A DNA stretch of 64,000 bases. It comes from Candidatus Aldehydirespirator sp. Lineage in GTDB: Bacteria; Actinomycetota; Acidimicrobiia; Acidimicrobiales; Aldehydirespiratoraceae. Both the position numbers and the translations under genes were made by a program. Shown here piece by piece: positions 1 to 11,567 of this stretch (within the stretch, counting starts at the first letter, position 1; each line of letters begins with the position of its first letter). The stretch is from assembly GCA_965221185.1 (NCBI GenBank), contig OZ244866.1:1366901-1430900 (forward strand). The letters run 5' to 3'. The notes under the pieces were generated by a model. It did not search any database and was not told the origin of the DNA. It saw only the letters and a list, made by a program, of their open reading frames with translations.

Positions 1-84
1 ATCACCGCCTGGCCCAACCTGCGCACCGGCGCCGCCACCGTCGCAGCCGCAGCCATCGGCCCCGCCCAGCAGACCCTGCTGTGA
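1..84 (+). CDS. 3' end of an unidentified CDS that enters from upstream of the window
   Basis: Open frame with G/C-rich third positions ending in TGA at 82-84. Only 27 codons are visible (ITAWPNLRTGAATVAAAAIGPAQQTLL). Confidence 0.3.
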   Translation: MTAWPNLRTGAATVAAAAIGPAQQTLL

Positions 85-381
85 TCGCTTCCACCGGCAG
101 CCCGCGGTTCTGGCACCGGCGTGGGGGAGCCGTCGGCGGCAACGGGCGCTGAATCGGCCCGGGAGACCGGTCTCAGCGCTGCGGCGATGCTCTTCGAACC
201 GCTTGACGAGCAGAACCGGGGACTCTGGCGGCCCTAGGACCGCCAGCGACTCGCCGAGACCTAGAGAGCGAGCGGCGTCAGCGTCTAAACGGTCAACTCG
301 AGCCGCGCTCCTGCATGCGCGAGTGGCATCGTCATTGAGAAGAGGTATGCTTGAAAGTGATTGAAATCTCAAGGGGCTGCC

Positions 382-1098
382 ATGCGCTATTGCCGATCGA
401 GCACCGGATGGGTGCGGGTGAGCGACGCCTACTGGCGAGCGTGCGTGGTCCAGGAGGAACCACAGTCCGACGAGCGGTGGAACGTCCGGATCTACTGCGC
501 GCTACAGACCCCGCCGCACTACGGAGCCTACGACCGCGCCTACCTCCTTCACGCCGGCGGCGAACCCTACAGCGTTCCGCTCGAGGCCAGCATCCACCGC
601 GCCGAGCGCTGGTACTGGAAGGCGGCACTCGGGTGGGGCCTGAACTACGGGCCCGGCCATCCACAGTCGGAGTTCGAGCGGACCAGCGGGATACCCGCGG
701 CCGACGATCCGTTGAGCCGATCCGGCGGTGTCGCCCACATCGGCGTGAGCCCCTGTCCGGACCGGGGCCAGACATCGGAGTTCCACTCGACGCTGCTGGT
801 GCTGTCCGGCAGCCAATGGCATGCCGCGAGCGTCGTCAGGGACAGCGGCACCAGAGAATGGGGAGTGCGGCTGTCGGGCGACACAGAGGGATGGCTCGAG
901 GCGGGCGGCTCGCCCTACCGTGCCCCCGCCACCGTGTGCGCACAGAGGGCCGAGCGATGGTACTGGCAGCTCGTCTGCGGAACGCCGATGCCCCACAGCG
1001 ACAACTTTCCCCAATCCCGATGGGAGCACCAGAACCAGATACCCGATCTCGACGACACGACCCGGGTGCCCCAGCCCGCGTGGGCACCCGCACGATGA
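382..1098 (+). CDS. Hypothetical Trp-rich protein made of two tandem copies of a ~75-aa module
   Basis: This frame has the strongest GC3 bias among the overlapping ORFs at 332-1401. ATG at 382 follows AAGGGG. RAERWYW occurs twice (nt 598-618 and 944-964), each closing a similar module. I recognise no family. Confidence 0.5.
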   Translation: MRYCRSSTGWVRVSDAYWRACVVQEEPQSDERWNVRIYCALQTPPHYGAYDRAYLLHAGGEPYSVPLEASIHRAERWYWKAALGWGLNYGPGHPQSEFERTSGIPAADDPLSRSGGVAHIGVSPCPDRGQTSEFHSTLLVLSGSQWHAASVVRDSGTREWGVRLSGDTEGWLEAGGSPYRAPATVCAQRAERWYWQLVCGTPMPHSDNFPQSRWEHQNQIPDLDDTTRVPQPAWAPAR

Positions 1099-1161
1099 CC
1101 GCACCCACAGCCGCCAGCGAAGCGGCCGAGTTGGGAGGCGCCAATCAGGGCCCGCTGATGA

Positions 1162-1194
1162 ATGGCCAACACCGAGCGGGTCGCCAAGGCGCTG
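1162..1194. repeat. 33-bp perfect direct repeat, copy 1 (atggccaacaccgagcgggtcgccaaggcgctg)
   Basis: Identical to 1819-1851, the 5' end of the HEPN-ATPase gene. Here it opens a 22-codon stub, MANTERVAKALYQEATTEAGLG-stop. Confidence 0.9.
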
Positions 1195-1226
1195 TACCAG
1201 GAGGCAACGACCGAGGCTGGACTCGG

Positions 1227-1359
1227 TTAGGCCGCGAATACGGTCACGTCTCGGGCGTGGGCAGCCAGCGCTTGCAGGTCCTTGATGTCGTGGGTTAGCA
1301 CTGCTCCGCCTGGCTCGGCCATCGCTACCACCACCGGAGTCGAGGATCGGGGCATTCAT
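1227..1359 (-). pseudogene. Decayed PIN-domain (VapC-like) toxin remnant
   Basis: ATG at 1359-1357 overlaps the upstream gene's TGA (ATGA) and reads MNAPILDSG, a PIN-type N-terminus. A second frame reads VVVAMAEPGGAVLTHDIKDLQALAAHARDVTVFAA-stop, a PIN-type C-terminus. The domain core is missing. Confidence 0.45.
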
Positions 1360-1637
1360 CCGCCAGTGCCCTTGCTCAGGTGCTCCTTTATCGGGCGCCA
1401 CCAGGCCTCGGCACGCGCCATCTCCTCGGGGGTGGGCTCGCCGACCTCCTTGATGAGTTCGGCTACGTACTTCTCGTGCTCCCGGCGAAGCCTCTCCCTC
1501 TCAGCCTCGGAGATGTGGATGCCGTCTGGAACGTAGTCGTCCCACTCCGAGTAGTCGTCGGAGAGGTAGCCATCGGCATCGGTGCTGGTGCCACCCGCGG
1601 CCCGGCCATCGCCATCGGGTCTCGTGCGATCCAGCAT
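1356..1637 (-). CDS. Small acidic hypothetical protein, possibly the antitoxin partner of the PIN remnant
   Basis: 93-aa ORF with good GC3 bias. Its stop overlaps the PIN remnant start (ATGA). No recognisable DNA-binding motif. Confidence 0.45.
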   Translation of the reverse strand: MLDRTRPDGDGRAAGGTSTDADGYLSDDYSEWDDYVPDGIHISEAERERLRREHEKYVAELIKEVGEPTPEEMARAEAWWRPIKEHLSKGTGG

Positions 1638-1812
1638 GGAATCAGATATATCAGATCATCATGAAGACAACAACCTGCCACTCCGATCTCGGCGGCGGTG
1701 GCCTCAGGCTGCCCCCGGTCGTGGCGGGCTCGAATGACGCGATGTCGCAAGTCCGTGGCATTGTGTGCGCCGTGCACACAGCCGTAGACCCTTTCGACCG
1801 AGGGCCGCAACC

Positions 1813-5070
<3,258 letters not shown>

Positions 5071-5118
5071 AGGATGAACACACGGTCCGCAGATTCTACG
5101 AGGAGGGGATCAGACGGG

Positions 5119-5571
5119 ATGATTGATGACACGCGAGAACTCGATCCGGACCGGATGGTCGTTCTGTCGCTGAAGCCCAGATTCGCGGAAGCCATCCTCG
5201 CGGGCGACAAGACGGTCGAACTCCGCCGCACCGAACCGAAGATCGTTGTTCCAACGCGAGCGCTGCTGTATGCAACGACGCCGGTACGGGCACTGCTCGG
5301 CACGTGCGTCATTGCAAGCGTCGAGTCAGCCGACCTGGCAGTCCTATGGAGGGAGTACGGCTCCAGAACTGCCTTGCTCTACGAAGAGTTCCAGCAGTAC
5401 TTCGAGGGCGTGGAAATGGGAACGGCTCTGACGCTGACACAGCCTCGGCCGCTCGACCGACCGGTTCCCCTCCAAGACCTTCAGGCAAGGCCACCGAGCT
5501 TCAGGCCTCCGCAGAGTTTCGCATACGTCGACACCAAGACAGGCGACCGACTCATGCGGATCGCCGCCTAG
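5119..5571 (+). CDS. ASCH-domain (PUA-like fold) protein
   Basis: VVLSLKPRFAEAILAGDKTVELRR matches the ASCH GxKxxExR signature. AGGAGG at 5101-5106 lies 12 nt before ATG 5119. The in-frame ATG at 5074 is an alternative start. Confidence 0.75.
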   Translation: MIDDTRELDPDRMVVLSLKPRFAEAILAGDKTVELRRTEPKIVVPTRALLYATTPVRALLGTCVIASVESADLAVLWREYGSRTALLYEEFQQYFEGVEMGTALTLTQPRPLDRPVPLQDLQARPPSFRPPQSFAYVDTKTGDRLMRIAA

Positions 5572-5634
5572 CCGACACGAAGGCTTGACACGGCTTGGTG
5601 CCTCGCGAGATGTTCCCGCAGGTCAACACGCCGG

Positions 5635-6534
5635 ATGATCCCGTCGACCCCCTTAACCCCACGTGACTCGACAGCCCAGGAGGTGACCGTGCAACTCCAC
5701 GGACCGTCGTCGGCTGGGCTCATGTACTCCGATACCGGGGGTGACGGGCCGGTGGTGGTCTTTCTTCATGGGGTGCTGATGAACGGCACACTTTGGGGCG
5801 GTGTCGTTGACAGGCTGCGCGGCCGGTACCGGTGCATTGTGCCTGAGCTTCCCTTCGGTGCTCACCGCACGCCGATGCCCGACGACGCCGATTTGGATCT
5901 CGGGTCGTTGGCCAGGATGGTCGCTGGCTTCCTCGATGAACTCGACCTCTACGACGCCACGCTTGTGTGCAACGACTGGGGCGGCGCCCAGCTCGTGATC
6001 AGCCCGGGCGGTTCGGACCGGGTCGCCAGCCTCGTTCTCGTGTCGTGCGAGGCCTTCGATAACTATCCGCCGGGCCTTCCCGGGCGGCTGCTGTGCCTCA
6101 ACGGGTCTGTGCCGGGAGGCACCTTCCTGACGTCGCAGCTCCTGCGTCCCCGGCTGATCCGGCACCTGCCGATCACCTTCGGCGGGATGTCGAAGAAGCG
6201 GGTCCCCAACGAGCAGTTCATGAGCTGGATCGAGCCGCTGCGCCACGACCGCAGGATCCGCCGCGATCTCGACAAGTACCTACGCAGCGTCCCGAGGAAG
6301 GAGCAGTTGCTCGAATGGGCCGAACAGCAGCGGGCCTTCACGGGCCCCGTGCTCGTCGTGTGGGCCCGCGAGGACAAGCTCATGCCGCCCGAGCACGCAG
6401 AACGCCTAGCCGAGCACTTCGAGAACGCCGAACTGGTGTGGGTTGACGACAGCCGGACGCTCATCCCGATCGACCAGTCCGAGGTCCTCGCCGACCACCT
6501 CGAACGCTTCCTCGAACGCACCACGGCAGGTTGA
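5635..6534 (+). CDS. Alpha/beta hydrolase (haloalkane dehalogenase / epoxide hydrolase-like)
   Basis: VVFLHG oxyanion region and CNDWGG nucleophile-elbow motif. 299 aa. Confidence 0.75.
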   Translation: MIPSTPLTPRDSTAQEVTVQLHGPSSAGLMYSDTGGDGPVVVFLHGVLMNGTLWGGVVDRLRGRYRCIVPELPFGAHRTPMPDDADLDLGSLARMVAGFLDELDLYDATLVCNDWGGAQLVISPGGSDRVASLVLVSCEAFDNYPPGLPGRLLCLNGSVPGGTFLTSQLLRPRLIRHLPITFGGMSKKRVPNEQFMSWIEPLRHDRRIRRDLDKYLRSVPRKEQLLEWAEQQRAFTGPVLVVWAREDKLMPPEHAERLAEHFENAELVWVDDSRTLIPIDQSEVLADHLERFLERTTAG

Positions 6535-6617
6535 TGGCGACTCCTTCGCAAGTCGCCTCCGGGATCATCCTCGCAACCCGCCGAGCGGAGCCTGACGGGT
6601 GAGCGGAGCTGTGCGGT

Positions 6618-7130
6618 TCAGGTCGGCGGAACGTCGCTGACCGGTGTCGTGTCGGCAGCCGAGAGCTCGCGGCGAAAGAAGAGATATCGCCCTTCGTCCC
6701 AGGTCGCGCCGGTGGTGCTGTAGCCCTCGGACTCGTACAACGCGACCGCGATCTCGTTGCGCTCGTTCGCGTCCAACTGCAGCTGCACGCAGCCCAGTTC
6801 GCGGGCGTGCGACTCGACTGCCCTCATCAATGCCCGCCCGACGCCGAGCCCACGGTGCTCCTCACCCACGTACACGTCCTCGACCCAGCAGATGGCGCCG
6901 TGCAGCCACGCTGAGTAGAGATAGTGAAGCTGCACGTAGGAATGCGCCGGCCGACCGACAAGGAGGAACTCAGCCAGTCCGCGGTCCAGCATGAGGCGAA
7001 CGTCGCGAGCCAACGCCTCGTCTCCGGGCTCGTCCTGACCCCGAAGGTTCCGGAAGGCGGCCATGCACGCCGCAACCTCCGCCTCGTCACCGGGCGTCGC
7101 CAGCCGGACCTGCACGGTCGGCACAGTCAC
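6618..7130 (-). CDS. GNAT family N-acetyltransferase
   Basis: EEHRGLGVGRALM acetyl-CoA binding motif (Q/RxxGxG/A). 170 aa. Confidence 0.8.
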   Translation of the reverse strand: MTVPTVQVRLATPGDEAEVAACMAAFRNLRGQDEPGDEALARDVRLMLDRGLAEFLLVGRPAHSYVQLHYLYSAWLHGAICWVEDVYVGEEHRGLGVGRALMRAVESHARELGCVQLQLDANERNEIAVALYESEGYSTTGATWDEGRYLFFRRELSAADTTPVSDVPPT

Positions 7131-7272
7131 CAGTCACCCTGACGAGCCATAACCGCGTGCCCAGCCACGCTCGCAGCATAGAAACCCCTGATGAACCCCG
7201 CTGGCCCGATCAACGACCAACCAGTCGCTGCCGGGTCCATCGGAGCAAGACCAGCGACGACCGGGGACATCG

Positions 7273-7478
7273 TGAGCGTGACGCCAGCCCCGTGACAAAG
7301 TAGGGACATGGGCATCAACCTCGAAGACCACCTCGACGCCGAGCACCTGGCGGCGCTGGAGATGCTTCCCGGTGATCTGCTTGACCCCTCCGACCTGCCC
7401 GCGGCGCGAGCAACCGTCGACGAGCGCATGGCTCATCTGCCCGACCTCGAGATTCCCGACAGCGCGGAGGTCACCGGC
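7273..7478. repeat. Dispersed duplication, copy A (upstream region plus esterase 5' end)
   Basis: Aligns by eye with 14193-14398 at roughly 80-90 percent identity (not computed). The shared gagcgtgacgcc...gtagggacatgggcatcaa leader is included. Confidence 0.7.
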
Positions 7479-7511
7479 CGCGGTCTAGTGGGGAAGGGCC
7501 AGCATCGATGA
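7308..7511 (+). pseudogene. 5' fragment of an esterase/lipase gene, paralogous to 14228-15190
   Basis: MGINLEDHLDAEHLAALEMLPGDLLDPSDLPAARATVDERMAHLPDLEIPDS aligns to the first ~55 residues of the 320-aa esterase, then diverges and stops. The catalytic motifs are absent. Confidence 0.75.
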
Positions 7512-8044
7512 CCGAGCGCTACCTCGTGATGCCTCGGGGCATCAACGTCGGGACCCGCAATCGCGTGCCGATGGCGGAGCTCAGGTCGAAGTTGACCGGC
7601 GCTGGCTACTGCGACGTGGCCACCGTCCTGCAGAGCGGCAACGTGATCGTCTCCGCCGAGGAGGATGATCCCGACGAAGTCGCTGGCGCCATACAGCGGT
7701 TGCTCAGCGACGAGTTCGGCGTCGACGTTGCCTGCGTCGCGCGGACGGCGAACCAGGTTCGGCGGGTGCTTGAGCGCAATCCGTTGCAGGAAGTCGTCTC
7801 CGACCCGTCGCGCTACCTCGTGATCTTCCTCTCCCAGGAGCCCGACCCCGAAGCGGTGGAGGCGCTGGTGGGGGAGGACCACAGCCCCGAGGCCATCGCG
7901 ATCGAAGGCACCGAGGCATACGTCTGGACTCCCGACGGCGTCTACGGGATGACCCTCTCGTACGCGCACCTCGAGAAGCGGTTCGGTGTCGTCGCCACGG
8001 CCCGCAACTGGAACACAATCAAGAAGATCGTGGCCAGGCTGTGA
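7508..8044 (+). CDS. DUF1697 domain protein
   Basis: The N-terminus YLVMPRGINVGTRNRVPMAELR is typical of DUF1697. 178 aa. Confidence 0.7.
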   Translation: MTERYLVMPRGINVGTRNRVPMAELRSKLTGAGYCDVATVLQSGNVIVSAEEDDPDEVAGAIQRLLSDEFGVDVACVARTANQVRRVLERNPLQEVVSDPSRYLVIFLSQEPDPEAVEALVGEDHSPEAIAIEGTEAYVWTPDGVYGMTLSYAHLEKRFGVVATARNWNTIKKIVARL

Positions 8045-8110
8045 CCGCTGGCCACGAGGCCCGAGGTCAGCCCCGACGTCGGAGGCTCTGAGCCGTCCCA
8101 GGCCGTTTGG

Positions 8111-9181
8111 TTGAATGAGCTGGCTGCGGGCGCCCCGCCCGTGCCACTATGCGGATTCGTGACGACTTCGTCGGATCCTGCGATCGAGCCCCTCGACGGT
8201 GTGTTGCTGGTCTGCCGATCCTCCCGGCTGCGGCGGTGCTGGCATCCCGTGGCTTTCTCCGGGCAGGTTGGTACGGCACCCGCGGCCCGGACGCTGCTGG
8301 GCACGCAAGTCGTGTTGTGGCGCACGCCGGACGGGCGGCTGCGTTCGGCTGTGGATCGATGCCCGCATCGCTGGGCTCAGCTCTCCAAGGGCACCGTCAG
8401 CAACGGCCGGCTCGTGTGCCCGTACCACGGCTGGCAGTTCGGACCCGACGGCGCCGTGGTCGAGATCCCCCAACTGGAGGCCGGGGCGCCGCTGCCCCCG
8501 TCGGCGTGCCTGCAGGTGCTGCCCACGGTCGAGGCGCACGGCATGGCCTGGATCTCCCTGGAGCCGCAGCCGCCGGCCCCGATCCCCACCATCCCCGAGT
8601 TCGACGACTCCCGGTTCGACCGCATCGAGATCGGGGTGATCCGCTACCACGCCAGCGCCGCCGCAATCATCGACAACAACACCGACTCCACCCACGTCGC
8701 ATTCGTCCACTCGGGCTCCTTCGGCGCGGATCAAGACCCGCGCGTGCCGGTCGGGTCCGTTCAACGAACCTCCTTCGGCATCACGATCAGCTACGGGGAG
8801 ATGCCAGTCGCCCGCACACCCACCTCGCAGCGACCGGGCACCAGGCATTCGGTGACCGAGATGTGGCTGCCCTTCGTGCAGGTGGGGCGGATGCACTACT
8901 CCGACGGCAGCACCCACATCCTGGTCAAAGGGTGCTGCCCGGTGCAGGACGGCGTCACCGACGTCCACCTGACGGTGCTGCGCAACGACCTCGCCGACAC
9001 GATCGACCGGCAATCCATCATCGACTTCGAGCTGGCCGTGGAGCTCGAGGACAAAGCCGTCCTCGAAACCCTTCCCGCGGCCTTCCCCCTCGACCCGAGA
9101 CTCCAGGCCCACACCAAGCACGACCGGCCCGGCATCGCCTACCGCCACGCCCTCACCGAATTCCTCGCCGACTCGAGCTGA
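8111..9181 (+). CDS. Rieske [2Fe-2S] non-haem iron oxygenase
   Basis: Rieske motif CPHRWAQL...CPYHGWQF. The start is uncertain and could be further downstream. Confidence 0.75.
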   Translation: MNELAAGAPPVPLCGFVTTSSDPAIEPLDGVLLVCRSSRLRRCWHPVAFSGQVGTAPAARTLLGTQVVLWRTPDGRLRSAVDRCPHRWAQLSKGTVSNGRLVCPYHGWQFGPDGAVVEIPQLEAGAPLPPSACLQVLPTVEAHGMAWISLEPQPPAPIPTIPEFDDSRFDRIEIGVIRYHASAAAIIDNNTDSTHVAFVHSGSFGADQDPRVPVGSVQRTSFGITISYGEMPVARTPTSQRPGTRHSVTEMWLPFVQVGRMHYSDGSTHILVKGCCPVQDGVTDVHLTVLRNDLADTIDRQSIIDFELAVELEDKAVLETLPAAFPLDPRLQAHTKHDRPGIAYRHALTEFLADSS

Positions 9182-9345
9182 CAGCGTGACACCAATGGCG
9201 CCTGCCGGCACCCAGACGCGCCCTCGCACCTACGAGACGGCCAGACCCTGGCCAGCGGCGTTCGGCAGCTGGTCACGGACGCTCCGGCTTGGGCTGTCTC
9301 ATCGCCGCGCACTGCCCCCGGTAGCCTCTCGCTCGTGGTGATCGA

Positions 9346-10026
9346 TTGACCTCTTCTGCTGCGACGCCCGCAGGGACCGTGCCCGACATCGCAGGAACCG
9401 TCGAAGCGGTGTGCGTCGGCTCTGTCGGAGAGATCGGCTCAGGCAGCCGCAAGATCGTGAGCGCGTTCATCAAGACCCCGGTGCTGGGCCGCGTCGCCGT
9501 CAGCCCGCTCGGCCTGCCGGGCGACGAGCACGTCTACAAGGACCACGGCGGGCCGGACTTCGCTCTGCTCGCCTACCCCAAGGAGCACTACCCCCACTGG
9601 GGCGGACTCGGCCTCGAACTTCCAGACGCCGGCGCGATGGGCGAGAACCTCACAACCGTCGGCCTCGTCGAGACCGAGGTGCGCATCGGCGACGTGCTCC
9701 AGGCCGGGACCAGCGTCATCCAAGTGACCGAGCCCCGCAGCCCGTGCCGCAAGCTCGCGGCACGCTTCGGCCGCACCGACATGGCAGCCATGGTGCAAGA
9801 CACCGGCTTCACTGGGTTCCTGTGCCGCGTGCTGGTGTGCGGAGACATAGGCGCAGGCGACGCCCTGCGGATGCTGCGCCGCGACGACCAGCACGACATG
9901 ACAGTCGCTGAGGCTGGCCGGATCCTCAACACCGACCGCGGGGACCTCGCCGGGGCTCGACGCCTGTACGCCGTGCCCGCCCTCGGATACTCGGCCCGTC
10001 GAAGGCTCGCCGCCCGCCTCGCCTAG
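9346..10026 (+). CDS. MOSC domain protein (YiiM-like)
   Basis: GENLTTVGL...VTEPRSPCRKL with the conserved MOSC cysteine. 226 aa. Confidence 0.75.
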   Translation: MTSSAATPAGTVPDIAGTVEAVCVGSVGEIGSGSRKIVSAFIKTPVLGRVAVSPLGLPGDEHVYKDHGGPDFALLAYPKEHYPHWGGLGLELPDAGAMGENLTTVGLVETEVRIGDVLQAGTSVIQVTEPRSPCRKLAARFGRTDMAAMVQDTGFTGFLCRVLVCGDIGAGDALRMLRRDDQHDMTVAEAGRILNTDRGDLAGARRLYAVPALGYSARRRLAARLA

Positions 10027-10187
10027 AACGTCCCAGTGGAGCAGCCGATGCCGGCCGGTGTGACCTTGAGCGCCGCTGCGGCGCCGGGCCCATCTGCACG
10101 CTCTGGAGCTAGCCCCGGCCAATCATCTGGCGACTCTTCGCGCCCGCCGCATCGTCCTGTGACATGGGGCATGGCCGAACTGGTGGT

Positions 10188-10213
10188 GTATACTCCCTCT
10201 ATGCGGCGTATAC
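10188..10213 (+). promoter_or_regulatory. Two GTATAC palindromes 20 bp apart that overlap a TATACT -10-like box and the vapB start
   Basis: gtatac at 10188-10193 and 10208-10213. TATACT at 10189-10194 lies 7 nt before ATG 10201, which suggests a leaderless mRNA and an autoregulatory operator. Confidence 0.35.
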
Positions 10214-10425
10214 AGCTTTATCTGGAGGACGACATCGACGAAGCGCTGTCGGGCGCGGCTGCCCGACGGGGGATCTCGCGCTCGGCGCTCATGCGCGACG
10301 CCGTGCGGGTTGCGCTCGCCTCTGAGAGCGAAGAGCTCGCCGATCCCCTCGACAGCCTGGTCGGAGGTGTGGACGTCGAGCCCGACGACGACCTCGACGC
10401 GGTCATCTACGGAACTGGGACGTGA
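10201..10425 (+). CDS. vapB: Ribbon-helix-helix (CopG/VapB-type) antitoxin
   Basis: MRRIQLYLEDDIDEALSGAAARRGISRSALMRDAV is a classic RHH N-terminus. Its stop overlaps the PIN gene start (GTGA). Confidence 0.8.
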   Translation: MRRIQLYLEDDIDEALSGAAARRGISRSALMRDAVRVALASESEELADPLDSLVGGVDVEPDDDLDAVIYGTGT

Positions 10426-10817
10426 AGTTCGCCGACACGTCCTTCTGGATCGGACTGCTCGTCCCCGCAGATCGCCGACACACCGATGCCGCACATCTCT
10501 GGCATGGCGACCGCGGGCCGATCCGCACATCCAATCTCGTCGTCGGCGAGACCTGGACGTGGCTGGGCCGGCGCGCTGGGCACGCCCAGGCGCTCAACTT
10601 CGTGACCATGCTGCGCAGCTCGCCGAGAGTGTCGATCGTGGTCGTCGACTCGACTGTCGACGAACGGGCGTGGCGGTGGCTCGAGCGCCATGACGAGCGG
10701 CAGTACTCCTACGTGGACGCCACCAGCTTCGAGATCATGCGCCGCGAACGGATCACCGAGGCCCTCGCCTTCGACGGCGACTTCAGCGCAGCCGGATTCA
10801 TCGAAGTGCGACCCTGA
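10422..10817 (+). CDS. vapC: PIN-domain toxin (VapC family)
   Basis: FADTSFW N-terminal acidic motif, SYVDATSFEIM and AFDGDF C-terminal motifs. 131 aa, translationally coupled to the RHH gene. Confidence 0.85.
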   Translation: MKFADTSFWIGLLVPADRRHTDAAHLWHGDRGPIRTSNLVVGETWTWLGRRAGHAQALNFVTMLRSSPRVSIVVVDSTVDERAWRWLERHDERQYSYVDATSFEIMRRERITEALAFDGDFSAAGFIEVRP

Positions 10818-10820
10818 TCG

Positions 10821-11135
10821 AACCAGACCCATGAACGGGAGCACCCGGGTGGAGATCCCGGCCAGACGGGCCGCCTCGCTGTTCACTCCGAACGCGTAGA
10901 CGTGCTGGCCCCACGGCGTCCGGTTGAGGAACACGTCAGCGGCTATGCCTGCGCTTCCCCAGCCCACGAGCGAGCCCGCAACCACGCCGCCCACGGTTCC
11001 CGCGGCAGCCTCGGCGGCCAGCGAGCCCCGACCCGACCCGTCTTCGTCGGGCGGGGGCCGCACCTCGTCGTGTGCGCCCTCATCCGGGCCGGTGTCGGCC
11101 ATCTGGGCTTCGATGTCGTGATCCGGCTGTTCCAT
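10821..11135 (-). pseudogene. ORF containing an internal fragment of a ribose-type ABC permease
   Basis: NRTPWGQHVYAFGVNSEAARLAGISTRV matches the conserved TRFGRHVYATGGNAEAARLSGV loop of the intact permease at 29810-30783. No other permease segments are present. Confidence 0.4.
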
Positions 11136-11284
11136 GTCTGCTGCTCTCCTGAGCCATCCATCAACGTTGCGGCCGGGATGCTAGCTGCGTCCAAGTGATC
11201 CGAAACAGGCGTGATGCTGGCTTTGTCTGGCCTTATCGAAATATTCGGGTCATGATGTAGAGGAACCGGTAGCCACAGGTTGTG

Positions 11285-11449
11285 GGGATCGATCTGATCA
11301 CCTCCGTGATCGACAGGACGAAGGTGATCAGATCGATCTTTTTCCCGGGCATCCTCCAGCACCGACTGGACGACGCCAGCGCGGCCCTCCTCATCGGCGA
11401 CATAGCCGATGAGGACGTTGGAGTCGACTATGGAGCTCGTGCCTTTCAC
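11285..11449 (-). pseudogene. 5' fragment of a PIN gene, paralogous to 12559-13052
   Basis: VKGTSSIVDSNVLIGYVADEEGRAGVVQSVLEDAR aligns with the N-terminus of the other PIN gene. A 2-nt gap relative to that copy sits near 11343-11349. Homology stops at about 11300. Confidence 0.65.
11287..11338. repeat. 17-bp perfect inverted repeat (gatcgatctgatcacct / aggtgatcagatcgatc) with an 18-nt spacer
   Basis: Arms at 11287-11303 and 11322-11338. One arm lies inside the PIN-homologous sequence and the other lies exactly where homology ends. Confidence 0.85.
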
Positions 11450-11567
11450 GGCTGTTGGCCCTCCGCTGCCAGTGCGCCGGTACGGTTCGTTGCGACCGGC
11501 ACCCGTTGCCGCGGGCGCCCCGGATGAAGGCTGCGGCGCGCAGGACCGGCGATGAGAGGGACGCCTA

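Noticed and set aside
332-1401. Several long overlapping ORFs on both strands (for example 351-1298 +, 502-1401 -, 332-775 -).
   Set aside because: These are typical shadow ORFs of GC-rich DNA, giving Arg/Pro/Gly-rich translations with no motifs. Only the 382-1098 frame shows coding-like third-position bias and a repeated protein module.
1765-1812. The track's GTG start at 1765 for the HEPN-ATPase gene, which adds MRRAHSRRPFRPRAAT.
   Set aside because: The extension is Arg/Pro-rich with no domain. ATG 1813 has a GAGGG about 8 nt upstream, and the duplicated 33-mer starts at the second ATG. I cannot exclude the longer form without N-terminal data.
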